This document shows, piece after piece, positions 25,171 to 37,554 of a stretch of 64,000 nt of DNA (its first letter is position 1; every line of letters begins with the position of its first letter). A model generated the notes under the pieces. The model was not told where the DNA came from, made no database searches, and saw only the letters and a list, made by a program, of their open reading frames with translations. A program made the position numbers and the translations under genes. Source of the stretch: Callorhinchus milii (taxonomy: Eukaryota); the NCBI RefSeq assembly GCF_018977255.1, contig NW_024704743.1, positions 57,662,001 through 57,726,000 of the forward strand. Reading direction: 5' to 3'.

Positions 25171-26009
25171 GACGATCACAGTGCTTAGTAGATTGAATTC
25201 AGAAACATTGGATGCATCTGTTAAATCCATCGAAAATCAACTGGCATATCAAAGAATGCTTAAGTTCCAATCCAATACACTTTACATTGATATAGTGCTT
25301 TTCACTTAAGGAGAATGCCTCAAAGCACTTGACAAAGCTGGTTTGGATTCTGAGCTGGGAATGGGAGATTAATGGTTGTGAGAGGAAAGATGATTGAAAA
25401 CGCAGTCAAAGAGGTACATTTTGAGATGTTCCTTGAGCAAGGGAAGGGAAGGAACCAGCCAGAGGGTCACAATAGCTGAAAGCCCGCATGCCAAATGGTG
25501 GGTCAGAAAGGATGGGGGACACTAAGCGAAGGGAGCCCAGAATTATCCCAGAAACAACATGTATCGATAAAATTAATCTGTTCCTTACATTCTAGGTATT
25601 AAATTTGTTAATGTGAACTAAGTGCAATCAATCCCTTTAGGTACATTTGGTGAAATTGTCCCTGTGTGCTTCTAAATAAATGTAATGTAATTTAAAATTA
25701 TAATTAATATTACATTCTAAAATGTAAATTAAATTATACTTTTACAGATTTAATTACATTTACTTATAAGTGCACAAGTATAAGGATGAATTAATTACGT
25801 TTATATAATGAAGTATAATAAATTGTAGCCCACAGTAACAAATCTGCTCGATAAAATACGTGAAGCATAATAAACATTTCTCCTTTACTCCGTTGCTCTT
25901 CTGTATTATTTGATGGCCTGGACAATCTTTTTATGTCACAGTGACCAGAGGTACATAGTACTCTAGATGCAGTCTTGACTGCCTTATTTAACAGCGATGC
26001 ATTGTTAAC

Positions 26010-27530
26010 ATAAGCACATAAGAAACGCTAGACAAAGAAAGACCAAGGTCAATATAGTTCGCCTTCCACCTTCCTGGTGGTCGCATGCGCAAATGTCCCA
26101 AACTATCTGTGTACTATATCCCATAATGTTATTTCCTAAAAGAAAACTATCTAATCTGTGTTTGAAAGAATCAAATTCCTGTTTCAACCGTCTCCCTAGG
26201 GAGCCTGTTCCACAGGTTCACTATTTGCTCACTGAAATAGTGTTTGCCAAGATTTGTTCTGAAATTACTTCTTCAATCACAGGTTGTGGCCTCTGGTTCT
26301 ACTATTCTGGACATGTTGTAGTAGTCTGTCATGATCTATATTGTTTTGCTCCTTTAGAATCTTAAAGACAGCAATCATATCACCTTTCAGTCTTCTCTTT
26401 TCCAGCGTGAACATGCCCAATTTACTTAGTCACTCCTCATTGTCCAGTCCTTCCATTCCCTCCACCATTTTGGTTGTCCTCCTCTGTATCTTCTCGATTT
26501 CTCCAATATCCTTTTCGTACTGCAGCGACCAGAAGTGTACACAGTACTCTGCGTAAGGTCTCACCAATGATTTATACAGTGGCAGGATTGCCCCACTATT
26601 TTGGCTTGCTATGGATCTTTTGATACATCCCAACATCTGCTTTGCTTTACTCACTGCCACCAGAGCATTGTTGGGAGAGCTTCAATTATTGTCAATCAGG
26701 ACCCCCAGTTCCTTTTCATTTTCCATACATGTTATTTTTCTTCCGTTCAAATAATAGTCCCTTCCAGGATTTTTGTCCCCATGTGAATTACTTTACATTT
26801 CTCCACATTGAATTTCATCTGCAACCGATCTGCCCAATTCCCAAATATGTTCCAATCCTCCTGTAACGTATCTAGTTCAGCTTCGCAATCTACCATCTTC
26901 ATTAGCTTGGTGTCATCTGCAAAACTTAGCCACTGTGCTTGTGATTCCTAGTTCTAGATAATTTACAAAAATATTAAACAAAAGAGGTCCCAAAACAGAC
27001 CGTTGTGGAACTCCACTGGTAACATTTTCCCAGTCTGATGGCATTCTCTGTACCACCACCCTCTGGGTTCTTCCAGTCAACCAATTGCATAATTCATTGT
27101 ATTCCCGCTTTTTTTCACTTTCAGTACCAGCCTCTCAAGAGGAACTGTATCAAAGGCTTTAGTGAAATCCAGATATACAACATCCATAGCCATACCCTTA
27201 TCAAGCTCCCTTGTCACACCATTAAAGAAAACCAGTAAATTAGATTAGCAAGACCTTGCTTTCATTAACCCATATTGGCTATCATTTATGATTTTATTTC
27301 TGTCCAGATGCTCCATAATTTTACCTACAGTGCACGTCAGATAACAGGTCTGTAGTTTCCTGGGTCACTTTAGTTATCTTTCTTAAAAATAGGAGTAACA
27401 TCTACCTTTCTCCAATCCCCTGGCACCTCTCCAGTATTCAGTAATTTGTGAAAGATTTGTGCCAGCGTTTCCGCAACTTCCTCTCTAAGTTCCTTAAGGA
27501 TCCTTGGATAGAATTTATCTGACCCCTGAG
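26010..27530 (-). mobile_element. CR1 LINE RT and 3' fragment
   Basis: Reverse strand encodes [36 protein letters not shown] and LYKSLVRPYAEYCVHFWS. Confidence 0.92.
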
Positions 27531-27663
27531 ATCCGGCCCACACTGTTCAGCTTGTGTGTGACGTCTGGTGATCTGAACACATCTGATTTGGCAATGCAAC
27601 CCAGCATATTGTTTGCCTTGTTAACTGCTGGAGCAGTTAAATGCGGGGGCTGGAGGAGAAACG

Positions 27664-28778
27664 GTTTCTCCTCCAGCCGTCACATCTGGCGTCCCCCAGG
27701 GCTCTGTCCTTGGCCCTCTCCTCTTTAATATCTACATGCTCCCCCTTGGTGACATCATCCGCAGACATGGGGTCAACTTTCCCTATAAATGAAATCTTGT
27801 TGTTGTTGTATGCAGATGACACCCAACTCTCTTTCTGCCTCCACCCTCAACTCCAGGACCACTGCTGTCCTGACAGACTTCCGGTCGGACATCAAGTCCT
27901 GGATGAGGGCAAACTTCATACAGTTGAATGTGAACAAGACTGAGGCCCTCCTGATTGGTTCCCGCCAGCGCCTCAGCATCTCAGGCTCTGGCAGCATCAA
28001 CCTCCATGGTTGCACACTACAAATCACCAACTCACCGCCAGTCAGGAACCTAAGTGTCTTGTTCAACCCTCATCTGTCTTTTCTCCCCCACATTCAAGCC
28101 ATGACCCGCTCTGCCTTCCCTCACCTCTGTAACATCACCCGACTCTGCCACTACCTCACCCCTCAGGCCACTGAAACTCTTGTTCATGCCTTCATCACCT
28201 CCAGTCTCGACTATGCAAACGCCCTGCTTGTCAGCCTTCCCAACTCCTCCCTCCACAGACTGCAGATAATCCAGAACTCTGCAGCCCGTGTCCTCTCCGC
28301 ACCAAATTCCGTGACCCCATCTCCCCCATTCTCGCCCAACTCCAATGGCTATATATCCTTCAGAGGATCCAGATCAAGTTCCTGGTCCTCATATACAAAG
28401 CCCTCCATGGCCTCACCCTACCTCTGCGACCTCCTAACCCCCTACCAACCCGCTTATTCCCTCCACTCAGCCGGCTCTGGCCTGCTCCACATCCCCCAAC
28501 CCACCCTCCCCACCATTGGCGGGAAAGCCTTCAGCCACTCTGCCCCCAAACTCTGGAATTCCATCCCCCAGTCACTCCACCTCGCCCCTCCTTAGCCTCC
28601 TTCAAGACCCGCCTCAAGACCCTCCTCTTCGACCATGCCATTGGCCACCCCCTTCCCCTCCCCTCCCTTACCCCCCAACCCCAGCTCGGATCTGAAATGC
28701 TGTACTCTGTCCAGCGCCTTGGGACGTCCTCCCGACGTGGAAGGCACTATACAAATGTAATCTTGTTGTTGTTGTTGC
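27664..28778 (+). mobile_element. L2 LINE, 5'-truncated, with intact 3' tail
   Basis: ggcgtcccccagggctctgtccttggccct ([10 protein letters not shown]), YADDTQL and frameshifted ORF 27789-28595. Tail gggacgtcctcccgacgtggaaggcactatacaaatgtaatc(ttg)n. Confidence 0.95.
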
Positions 28779-31700
28779 TGCCTCACACTATTTTAGCATG
28801 TTGATCGATAAGCCAACTAACATCACTAAGTCCTTTCGGCTTACTCCTTGAAAGCTGTATCCAATCTACGCAGTACATGTTTCTCCTACTTTTACTTTCT
28901 TTACCAGCACCTCATCCAATTGAATTTCAAATACTTCACTTGGCACTGAATAATAATAATAATAATAATCGTCACATTTAGTGCAGTGCCTTTCACAATA
29001 GGAGGAATTCCCAATGCACTTCACAGGATATACTGTAAAGTTAAGTAACGGTGCGTTTATTTGTGGCGATCAAGCCAGTTGAGCTCTATTTTTAAGATCT
29101 TGCTTGTTTTAGTAGGTTGTTTAAGGACAGGCAGTTGGTAGTTGTCTGGTTTGCTGATAGAATCATGGACCCATAGATGATGATTTTTTTTCAATTATCT
29201 AATTGAGGTCAAGCAAATGAGGTTGTGGTTGCTAAGTACTGTATGGCTTTGTCATCCTTCTTAAATACTAGAACATATTTCCTTATTTCCAGTCTATTGG
29301 AACCACCTAGAGCTCATTGACTTTTTCAAAATAACTGTCAGTGCTTCACAAATATTCTCTTATCTCCTATGGTATTCTCGGGTTATTTAAACCTATCCAT
29401 AAACTCTACCTTCGTAATGTCAGAGTCCCACAGTTTTGCTCAACATGTGTTGCATGTCAGACAATATGTTGTAAATGTTCTTCCTAGTAATAAAAAAAAC
29501 TCCAGGAATAACTCATGTTGTAGCAATGTAGAGTGAGTTATAAATCTGGCCTTTTATTCCATACTGCTACACTGCTAAGGGCTTCACAGCTTGTGTTCGG
29601 GCATATCTTTCTGTCTGACTGACATTCCTCATCACTCTGCTGCGTGATCTTTATTGTGGATGAAATGAATTTTCTTCATATGCTTTAGGCGCAGCTCTGA
29701 TCCAAAATGTAATTCTATTCACTTTGACTATTTTCCTCGATGATGTGTAGTTTCTTGCTGAACAAATGCCATAAAATCCATGTAATACATCAGAGATGGC
29801 CATCTTTTGATCAACGGGCCACATTACACATGTGCAAAATAGTCATGCAGGCCACAAGTTGGCCATTCCTGTTATACATCACAGTTGTGCATAAAATCAT
29901 TCATCAATATTATTATGTTTGTTGTTTTCAGTTAAAACAACCTCTATAATTGATAATGCTTTACAAGCCTTTTGTTCTCAGAACATAAAGTAATAAGTGA
30001 AAATGCAACATATATAAAGTATATTCCCTCTTTCATGGTAATATCTCTAAGTTGATTTAAACATCAGCACATCAGAATTATGCTAAATCCCGAAAGATGG
30101 AATATTTTCTCACAGTGCAAATGATTAAAGGCATCCTTGTTCCAAGATGTGGAACCAAGGCAGAACTTCTGCTGTGATGATTATTTTGATAAATAGAACT
30201 AAGGCTCTTGTGAACACTTGGGAATTGCAACATATTTATGAATCATAGACAAAAACAATACTAATCCATGTATTTGATACAGTACCTTTCATGTCAGGAG
30301 GACTTCACAAAAGTCTTCACAGGTAGTGACTGTGTATTTTGTAAGAAAATGTGACAGCTAGTTTGCACACATAGCAATGTCACACAAAACACCATGAAGT
30401 GATTGACCAATGTTTTATCTGTGGGATTGTTGGCCATGACATTCAGAGAAACTTCCACCTCTTTTTAGACTAGTGCAATGAAGATTTTAGCGTCCACTCG
30501 AACAGGCAGACAGGGTCTCAGCTTACCATCTCATTCTGAAGGACACCTACAATAATGTAGCACAACTCCAACACGCTTGAACCCACAACCTTCTACCTCT
30601 AAGGCAAATGTGCTACCAACTGAGCCAGGCTGACACCTATCTTGACCAAAAATCAAGAAAATCTATAATAATAATAATAATAATCCTTGCATTTGATATA
30701 GCGCTTTTCACGTCGGGAGGACGTCCCAAAGCGCTTCACAGAACACACTGTGAAGTGAACTGACTGTATATAGAGGCTTGGACCATTTTTGTAGTATTCT
30801 GAGGTGCTGGAATGGGTCCAGGATCCTAATGTCCCTGACTTTGTAATCTCATATTAAATCTGCCATCTCATGCTTCAAAAAAAAATTGTTTTTGCCACCT
30901 GCAAACTAGACTGTATTCATTAACATTCTCCACATATTATAAACCTGGAAACACTCAGCACAGAAAGAAGTCATCTACTGTCAGATGCACTAAGAACAAG
31001 AGGACATAGGTTAAGAATTAACTAGCTTTTTCAGAACAGGTACCAGGAAGAATTTCTTACCCAGAGGGTAATTAATGACTGTATTGGGTTGCCAGGAAAG
31101 ATAGTTGAAGCTGTGCTGTAATGGAAGGATGGTGTCAAATGAGCCAAATTGTTGTCTTCATGTGAACCAATCTTGTGAATTTGTAAACATTCATTGCAAA
31201 CCTGATGTGAAATGCGCTGTATCAAATATAACAATTATGTTGACTGCATTTTCACTTTAAACCAATTGGTTCCTCAATCTCTGCATCAGCAATATTTAGA
31301 TACTGTTGAAGCTGAGTTCCACATCATTTCATTAGAAATCAAACTACAGGATCCTAAATCCAGATTATATTTTATTGTCGAGTGTTCAACTTTTGATTAA
31401 TTTTAGTGACCTGTGATTCCACCATGAGACCAATCTGTCAGAGGCGTGATATATTTATCAGAGCGCTCATCACTGAAGGAAGGATTTGCAGCTACATCTG
31501 TTTAAATAAAACACACTCAGAGGCAAATCTGTAATAAGTATGGAGCTGTTTTACCAAATTACTTAGCATAAGTCAACATTTTATAGGACTTGTAATGTAC
31601 TTTATGCTATAAAAGCTGATTTACTTAGAAGAAATATGTTTTTGTTATTGTATGAGATTCAAAACTTTTAGGTTCTTGAGGATACATGGACAGTTCTTTC

Positions 31701-31799
31701 TCAACTGATGAACATGGTTAGTCTACCATATGGGTGTCAGCTTGGCTCAGTTCATAACTCTTTTTCGCCTGGGTCAGAAAGCTGAAAGAAAGCTTGGGG

Positions 31800-32845
31800 C
31801 TACAGCTGCTGGAAGACATTACCTGGAGTTGGAGTTCATGAACACACGTTCGAACATCTAACACCTGGAATCCACCTGGATTGGCCTGCAGAGAGCCAAG
31901 CAGCTGCTGCTTAAACTCTGTACCTCCAGTTGGTGGAACCATCGCTTAATGGGAAGGGACATGTGCCCAAGCTAAGGACAGGAAGATGGTGGCAATGCTT
32001 TTACCCATTTTATGCTGAGATGTGTTGCCACCAGGAAGCTCACAGGGAGTTCCTTGTACCTACCATTCATCTAGTAAGGGCTCAAACTCGCGCTTGTCGG
32101 ATGTCGAACGACCAACTAGTGACTTTCTTCCTTGGGGGGAAGGTAAGCAAGGTCTCCTTGGAGCTCAACTGGCTCTAAGATGACATGCCTGGCAATGGAA
32201 TGTCAGAATCGAGCCAACCCTCTGTGGCGGTCTCGGTAGTCCGGTTCCTGAGCCAAGTGGGTCTGCAGTATTCCAGGGAACTGATGATAACAACACAGCC
32301 AGCTTGGCTCATCAGCAGGACCTGGAAGGGCAGACCAGTCACTGGGGACAGGGATAAACATAGAAATTACTGGGAGCACACACAGGTCAGGTCGTATCCA
32401 TGGAGAAACGAAAATTAACGTTTCAGGTCTCTGATCTTTCGTCAGAACCGGGAGCAGGGAGTCATTCCACTCATATTTCTGTTAACCATGCAAGCCAAAC
32501 CCCTAACGGGTAGGGTAGTCCTACCTGGACAAGCAGCGGGAAAGCTTGCCAGACAGCAAATCAATGGCTAGCTGTGCGGTTTTAGCTGGTTAGACTCCAG
32601 CAGTACCCCAACGCACACTCTGGACTCCCCAAAGCTTGGTTCTTGCCAACCTGCACTGAATACTATCTGGAATTAGGTAAGCAGGATGCGTCCCTCCAGG
32701 GGGAAAGGGAGCATTTTATTCCAACAATCTATCTGGGATTTCCATGTGTAGTTGGGATGGATGGAAATCGCAGCTTGGTTTGGATACTCTTAGGCATGGT
32801 GATGGGTTTCCATATGTGGCAGACACCTGGCTGACCAAAAAAAAT
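31800..32845 (+). repeat. Longest copy of the unclassified ~1 kb A-tailed repeat, inserted into the head of an old Deu-SINE
   Basis: The SINE head gtcagcttggctcagtt at 31736 resumes at ~32850 (aagcccc...caggctgacactcc). The intervening sequence matches 37555-38600 in reverse. Confidence 0.75.
32355..32449 (-). mobile_element. PLE pLTR fragment with hammerhead core
   Basis: Minus strand reads ggttCTGACGAaagatcagagacctGAAACgttaatt. Imperfect duplication ggggacaggga / gggagcaggga on either side. Confidence 0.7.
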
Positions 32846-33732
32846 GGCTGTGGACTTAAGCCCCAAGATGGGTCTTTGAATTTATAGCCCAGGCTGACAC
32901 TCCAATCCAGAGCTGGGCGAGGGCTGCACTATATAGTGAATGAGACATTAAACCAAGTTATCATCTGCATCCTCAGTTGGATATTAAAGATCCTGTGGTA
33001 CTGTTAAAAATGAGAAGGAAGTTTCTGCCAGTGTCTTGGTCAACGATCCTCAGGTAAAGATTGGTCATTCACTTTGTGGCTGTTTGTGGGACATTGTTAT
33101 GCACATATTGGCTGCCAGATTTGCTGACAAATACATAGTCACTAAATTTTACAACATACTCGTGAAGCACTTTGAGAGCGTCTTGATGTACAGGCGCTAT
33201 GTCAAATGCAATATTATTATTATTTTATTATTATTTGTTATTTTAATTATTGTTGTTGTACCAGGCCTACAAATACAAACATTACAATCATTGATGCAAT
33301 TTGTAATTACATTACATCATATCACAGAGTCTGGCCACTGCTAATTTTTAAGAATTTTATACAAGTTTCATTACAAAATTAAGAGCTCTGCCGTGTGCCT
33401 TGATGATAATGTTGTGGTTGCTCAAGTTGTTTGAGAATGCTGTATTCTCTATAAATAACAATTCCTGTAATGCTCTTTCAACTGATTCCCGCACTTAGGG
33501 CAGTCTGTTTGTGCTTAAAAATTGAACGCAAGCTTTAAGGTGCGTGAAAGATGTTCACTGTAGAGTGTAGATGAAGTTGGAGATTTGCTGTCAATGTGAG
33601 GATGTTATAATAATCCTAATAATAATAATAATAATGTCTTAGCAAGACATGTGTTAAGTAACCATTAATAATACTAATATAATAACAATAATAATGATGA
33701 CCTTTCACCAATTTATGAATATTTTTTGTTAG

Positions 33733-33981
33733 CCTCTGCTCACAGGAGAAGCTACCAATCACCTTCCAGTCCTGCGTCGTTCCAAAGGACTGCCAAATCT
33801 CCGAGTGGTCTGACTGGAGTCCGTGTTCCTTGTCGTGCTACAGCCCCACCTCACCTAAAGGATTCCGTACCAGGACGTCCAATGTTAAACAGTTTCCTCT
33901 TGGCGGTGGACAGGAATGCCCGTCATTGGAGGAGAAAGAACCCTGCACTCTCCAGGGGCAGGGAATACCACCTTGTGCTGC
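33733..33981 (+). CDS. THSD7A: THSD7A coding exon (probable exon 3)
   Basis: Acceptor attttttgttag|C and donor GCTGC|gtaagt. The reading frame is not in the ORF track: (S)LCSQEKLPITFQSCVVPKDCQISEWSDWSPCSLSCYSPTSPKGFRTRTSNVKQFPLGGGQECPSLEEKEPCTLQGQGIPPCA(A). 249 nt, phase 2 to 2, and it joins the previous exon in frame. Confidence 0.96.
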
Positions 33982-35574
33982 GTAAGTGTACAATTCCTCA
34001 TGGCTGCATTCTGATAAGCATTAAACCAGTGGCTTCCCAGCTCGACACTGAGAACTAGTTATTGACCATTGATTCATTAACAAGGGTGTCATGAAAAACA
34101 GTGGGCTGCACATACTTTTTTTTGTTCATTTTTATATAACGAATCAAGATGAAGGATATCACTAGGAGAAGCAACATTTTAACAATAATCCTCGCAATTG
34201 ATACATTATCTTATGTCGTCAAAATGTCTCAAAACAAATCACAGGATTTTACTGTTTGCGTATTTGCAGGCAAATGAGGCATCCAATTTGCACACAGAGA
34301 TGTCCCGCAAACAGCCATAAAGTAAATGACCAATGTTTATCTGGGGATTGCTGGTAAGGACAAAAGAAGAAACTCATTGTCCCTTTTCAAGTAGTGTTAA
34401 AGCTGATACAGTTCTGGTTGATGATCCCCAAACCCTCCGCACCACCATCGTGGAGGTGCCTTCAGCCACTACAGCCCGAATTATTTGAATTCTCTCAATC
34501 CCTCTGCTTTATCCCCTCTTTATATATCTTTAAATCCCACCTGAAGATCTACCTCTTTTATGGCACATCTGGTCATATTCCCTTCCCTCTTTTCCATTGC
34601 TCAGCATTCAAGGGAGCAGTGCTCGGAGATGCTATTCTACGGGAACGGAGCTACAATAATGCAAGTTGTTGTTGTTCTTATTGGAGCATCAGCCTAGTTT
34701 GTGATTTCAAAGTCCTGAAGTGGGGCTTGAAACACAACCTTCTTATTCAGAGCCAACAGTGCTGTCAACTGAGCCAGGCTCACACCTCAATTTCCCCTAT
34801 TGGGAACGCAATGTCATATTATCTCCAGCTAATCATTAAGCGCTCTAGCTAAATATACTTAGCAGCACATTGCAGGATTTAAAGTACAATGGGAAGACTT
34901 AGATGTGTTTAACATAACTGAACCATTCACTGCACTGAAAAGTAGACAGTATTTCAAACATCATAAACACACAAGAAAACTGTTTACATCTCACTCATGC
35001 CTTGCTTTTCAGCCTCAAATGCATATCCATATCTAACAGACTACATAGAAATCGCTCATGAGTGATCCGAGCCATTCAGATATGCAGCTTCTCCTGTATT
35101 TATTCTGACATTGTCATCTGTTGTGTCACATATTGTCACCCCGATTTACAAGATTTGTTCAAGTTACAAGTCAACAGAGTAAAAGTTCTCATTCCACTAA
35201 TTTCCAGACACTATCCTGCATTTAGCTTTCAGACAACATCTATTTTACCCATTTTCTCTTTGTGTCCCATGTTACCAGTCTTACATGAAATAAACATGCT
35301 TGTAAATACAGCAACTCCCGCCAGGCTTACCAGAATCCAGGTCTCCGGAATTCAGACAAAGCTGACAAACCTGGCCTCAAATGAAAAAAAAAAAATGCCA
35401 TTGTCCTGTGCGTAGACTCTCACCAGTCACCCTGTTAGTGCGAGTCCCCACCTCACTGTTCTAGTTGGCCTTCAGTGGCTAGATACAGCATTTACTTACT
35501 ATCTTCTACTCACGGGATTCAAACAATTACAATGCTGTCATCTGTGACATGTGCTGCACGTACCTCAGCAGGGA

Positions 35575-36850
35575 CAACAGAAATTTGCATTTATATAGTG
35601 CCTTCATGCAGGATAGAGTCTCAGAGCACTGCACAGTGGCTAGGTTGGATGCCAAGCAAGGGAGAAGGGCAGATGACCTTTGTCACAGTCTAAGAGTTAG
35701 GTCTTAAGGTGTGATTTAAAAGATAGATAGAGAAGAATTCAGGCAAGGAGTTCCAGATGTTAAGGGTGTTGTGGCTGAAAGCATGACCACCAATGGTGGT
35801 GCGGAGGGGTCGGGGGATGCACAGCAGACTTATGTTTGCTGAGCGAAGGGAGTGGCAGAGGAATTGGGTATGAGCAGGTCAGGAAGGAAGGGAATTGTTA
35901 GGGATTTGTATGTTAGGGTGAGGATCTTGGTTGATCCTTTCATGGATGAACAAGCCCATTGGCCCAAAATTACTCAAGTTTTTAGGGTCAACAACAACAA
36001 CAAAATTACATTTGTAAAGAGCCTTTCATGTCGGGAGGACATCCCAAGGCGCTGACCAGGACCCGAACCTAGGGGTAGGGTTGGGTTGGGGTGAGGGAGG
36101 GCAGAGGGGGTAGGAGGACAGCTGAAGGCACAGTCAACAAAGAGGATCTTGAGTCGTGCCTTGAAGAAGGCAAGAGAAAGAGCAAGGTGAAGGAATTGTG
36201 GGATGGAGTTCCAAAGAGTGGGGGCAGAGAGGCTGAAAGCCCGGCCACCGATGGTAGGGTGGGTCAGGCTGGATTCCTTGAGCAGGCCAGAGCCTGCTGA
36301 GCGGTTGGACCAGACAGGTTGATAAGAGGTCAGTACTTAAGAGATGTAAGAGAGGGCAAGGTCATGGAGGGCCTTGAAAGTAAGGAAGAGGATTTTGAAT
36401 TCTATCCTCTGAAGGATGAGGAGCCAGTGGAGCCCAGGGAGGGTGGGTGATGGGGTTACAGAGCCTGGTGCGGGAGAGGGCATGAGCTGAAGAGTTCGGG
36501 ATGATTTGCAGCTTGTGGAGGGAAGGGTTGAGGAGGCCGACAAGGAGGGATTTTCTGTAGTCGAGCCTTGAGGTGATGAATGCATGTGAGGGTTTTGGTG
36601 GCCTGAGGGGTGAGGCAGTGGCGGAGTTGGCCAATGTTACGGAGGTGGGGGAAGGCAGATCGGGTCATTGCACAGATATGGGGGAGAAAGGACAGTTGAG
36701 GGTCAAACAAGATGCCCAGGTTCCTAACTGGCTTGGTCAAGTGGAATGTGCTACCATGGATGCTATGCTGACAGTGCCTGAGCTGCTGAGGCGCTGGTGC
36801 GAGCCAATCAGTCTTGCTGACTTTCAGTTGTAGAAAGTTGGCTCTCATTC
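35575..36850 (-). mobile_element. Two adjacent L2 3' fragments
   Basis: MRANFLQLKV...NLGILFDPQLSFLPHI and LHWLLILQRIEFKILFLTFKALH, with tails at ~35580 and ~35990. Confidence 0.88.
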
Positions 36851-37554
36851 AGATCATTGGCTTAAAGTTTAAGAATGTGCAGAATTTTAATATGCTCTTT
36901 CTGGGCAGTTTTCCAAAATTTTCCATCTATTGACAATGGTCTTAAACCTAAGAACTGAAGACTTTTAGGCCCCATGGATACATAACGAGACAAAATCAGT
37001 GAAACAAGACTGTCAAAAAATAGTAGAATGATACAAAATAATCTAGAACACCTGCACAAGCATTAAATAACACTGATGTCAACAAGAAAATTGCATTAAC
37101 AAGAAGATCATTTTTGTTGAGATTGAAGAGCCCCCGAAATCTGTCACTGTTCAGTGAGGAGAATGAATGTGTTTTAAATAGTGGGACATCAATTTGAATC
37201 ACTAATCAGCCAATTCTCAACTTAGTATTTAAACATGAAGTACACTTTGATATAGATGATTTTGTGCTGCAAATTGTAACAGTTATACTTCTTAATGCTG
37301 GTATTGTATTATTCATGAAATTAACATGTTGTGGCATACTGATGTTGTGGTTACTTAGTTTACATTTGAATATTTAATAAGCTAAAGTGTAGCGTGTTTG
37401 AAATTTGGGTTTGATTTAATTGGAAACGATAATTTTAGCTCTGAATATTTCTGCTATTTAATTATTTAAAACCAGTTCTCTAATTCAAGATATCTCACTG
37501 AACAGTGAACTTAGATTGAGCCAGGATGTGAATGATTACATTGTGCATGAAAGT

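Noticed and set aside
25670..25830. AT-rich quasi-palindromic stretch
   Set aside because: Pairings are short and expected at this very high AT content, and no clear boundaries or TSD are visible.
27789..28595. 268-aa novel protein or active reverse transcriptase
   Set aside because: Frameshifted, 5'-truncated L2 ORF2 fragment.
33741..33746. Alternative acceptor cacag|gag in exon 3
   Set aside because: It would remove 13 nt, shift the frame and drop a conserved cysteine.
33726..34058. 110-aa ORF from the ORF track
   Set aside because: Wrong frame. The real THSD7A exon 33733-33981 is read in another frame that carries the TSP1 W/C pattern.
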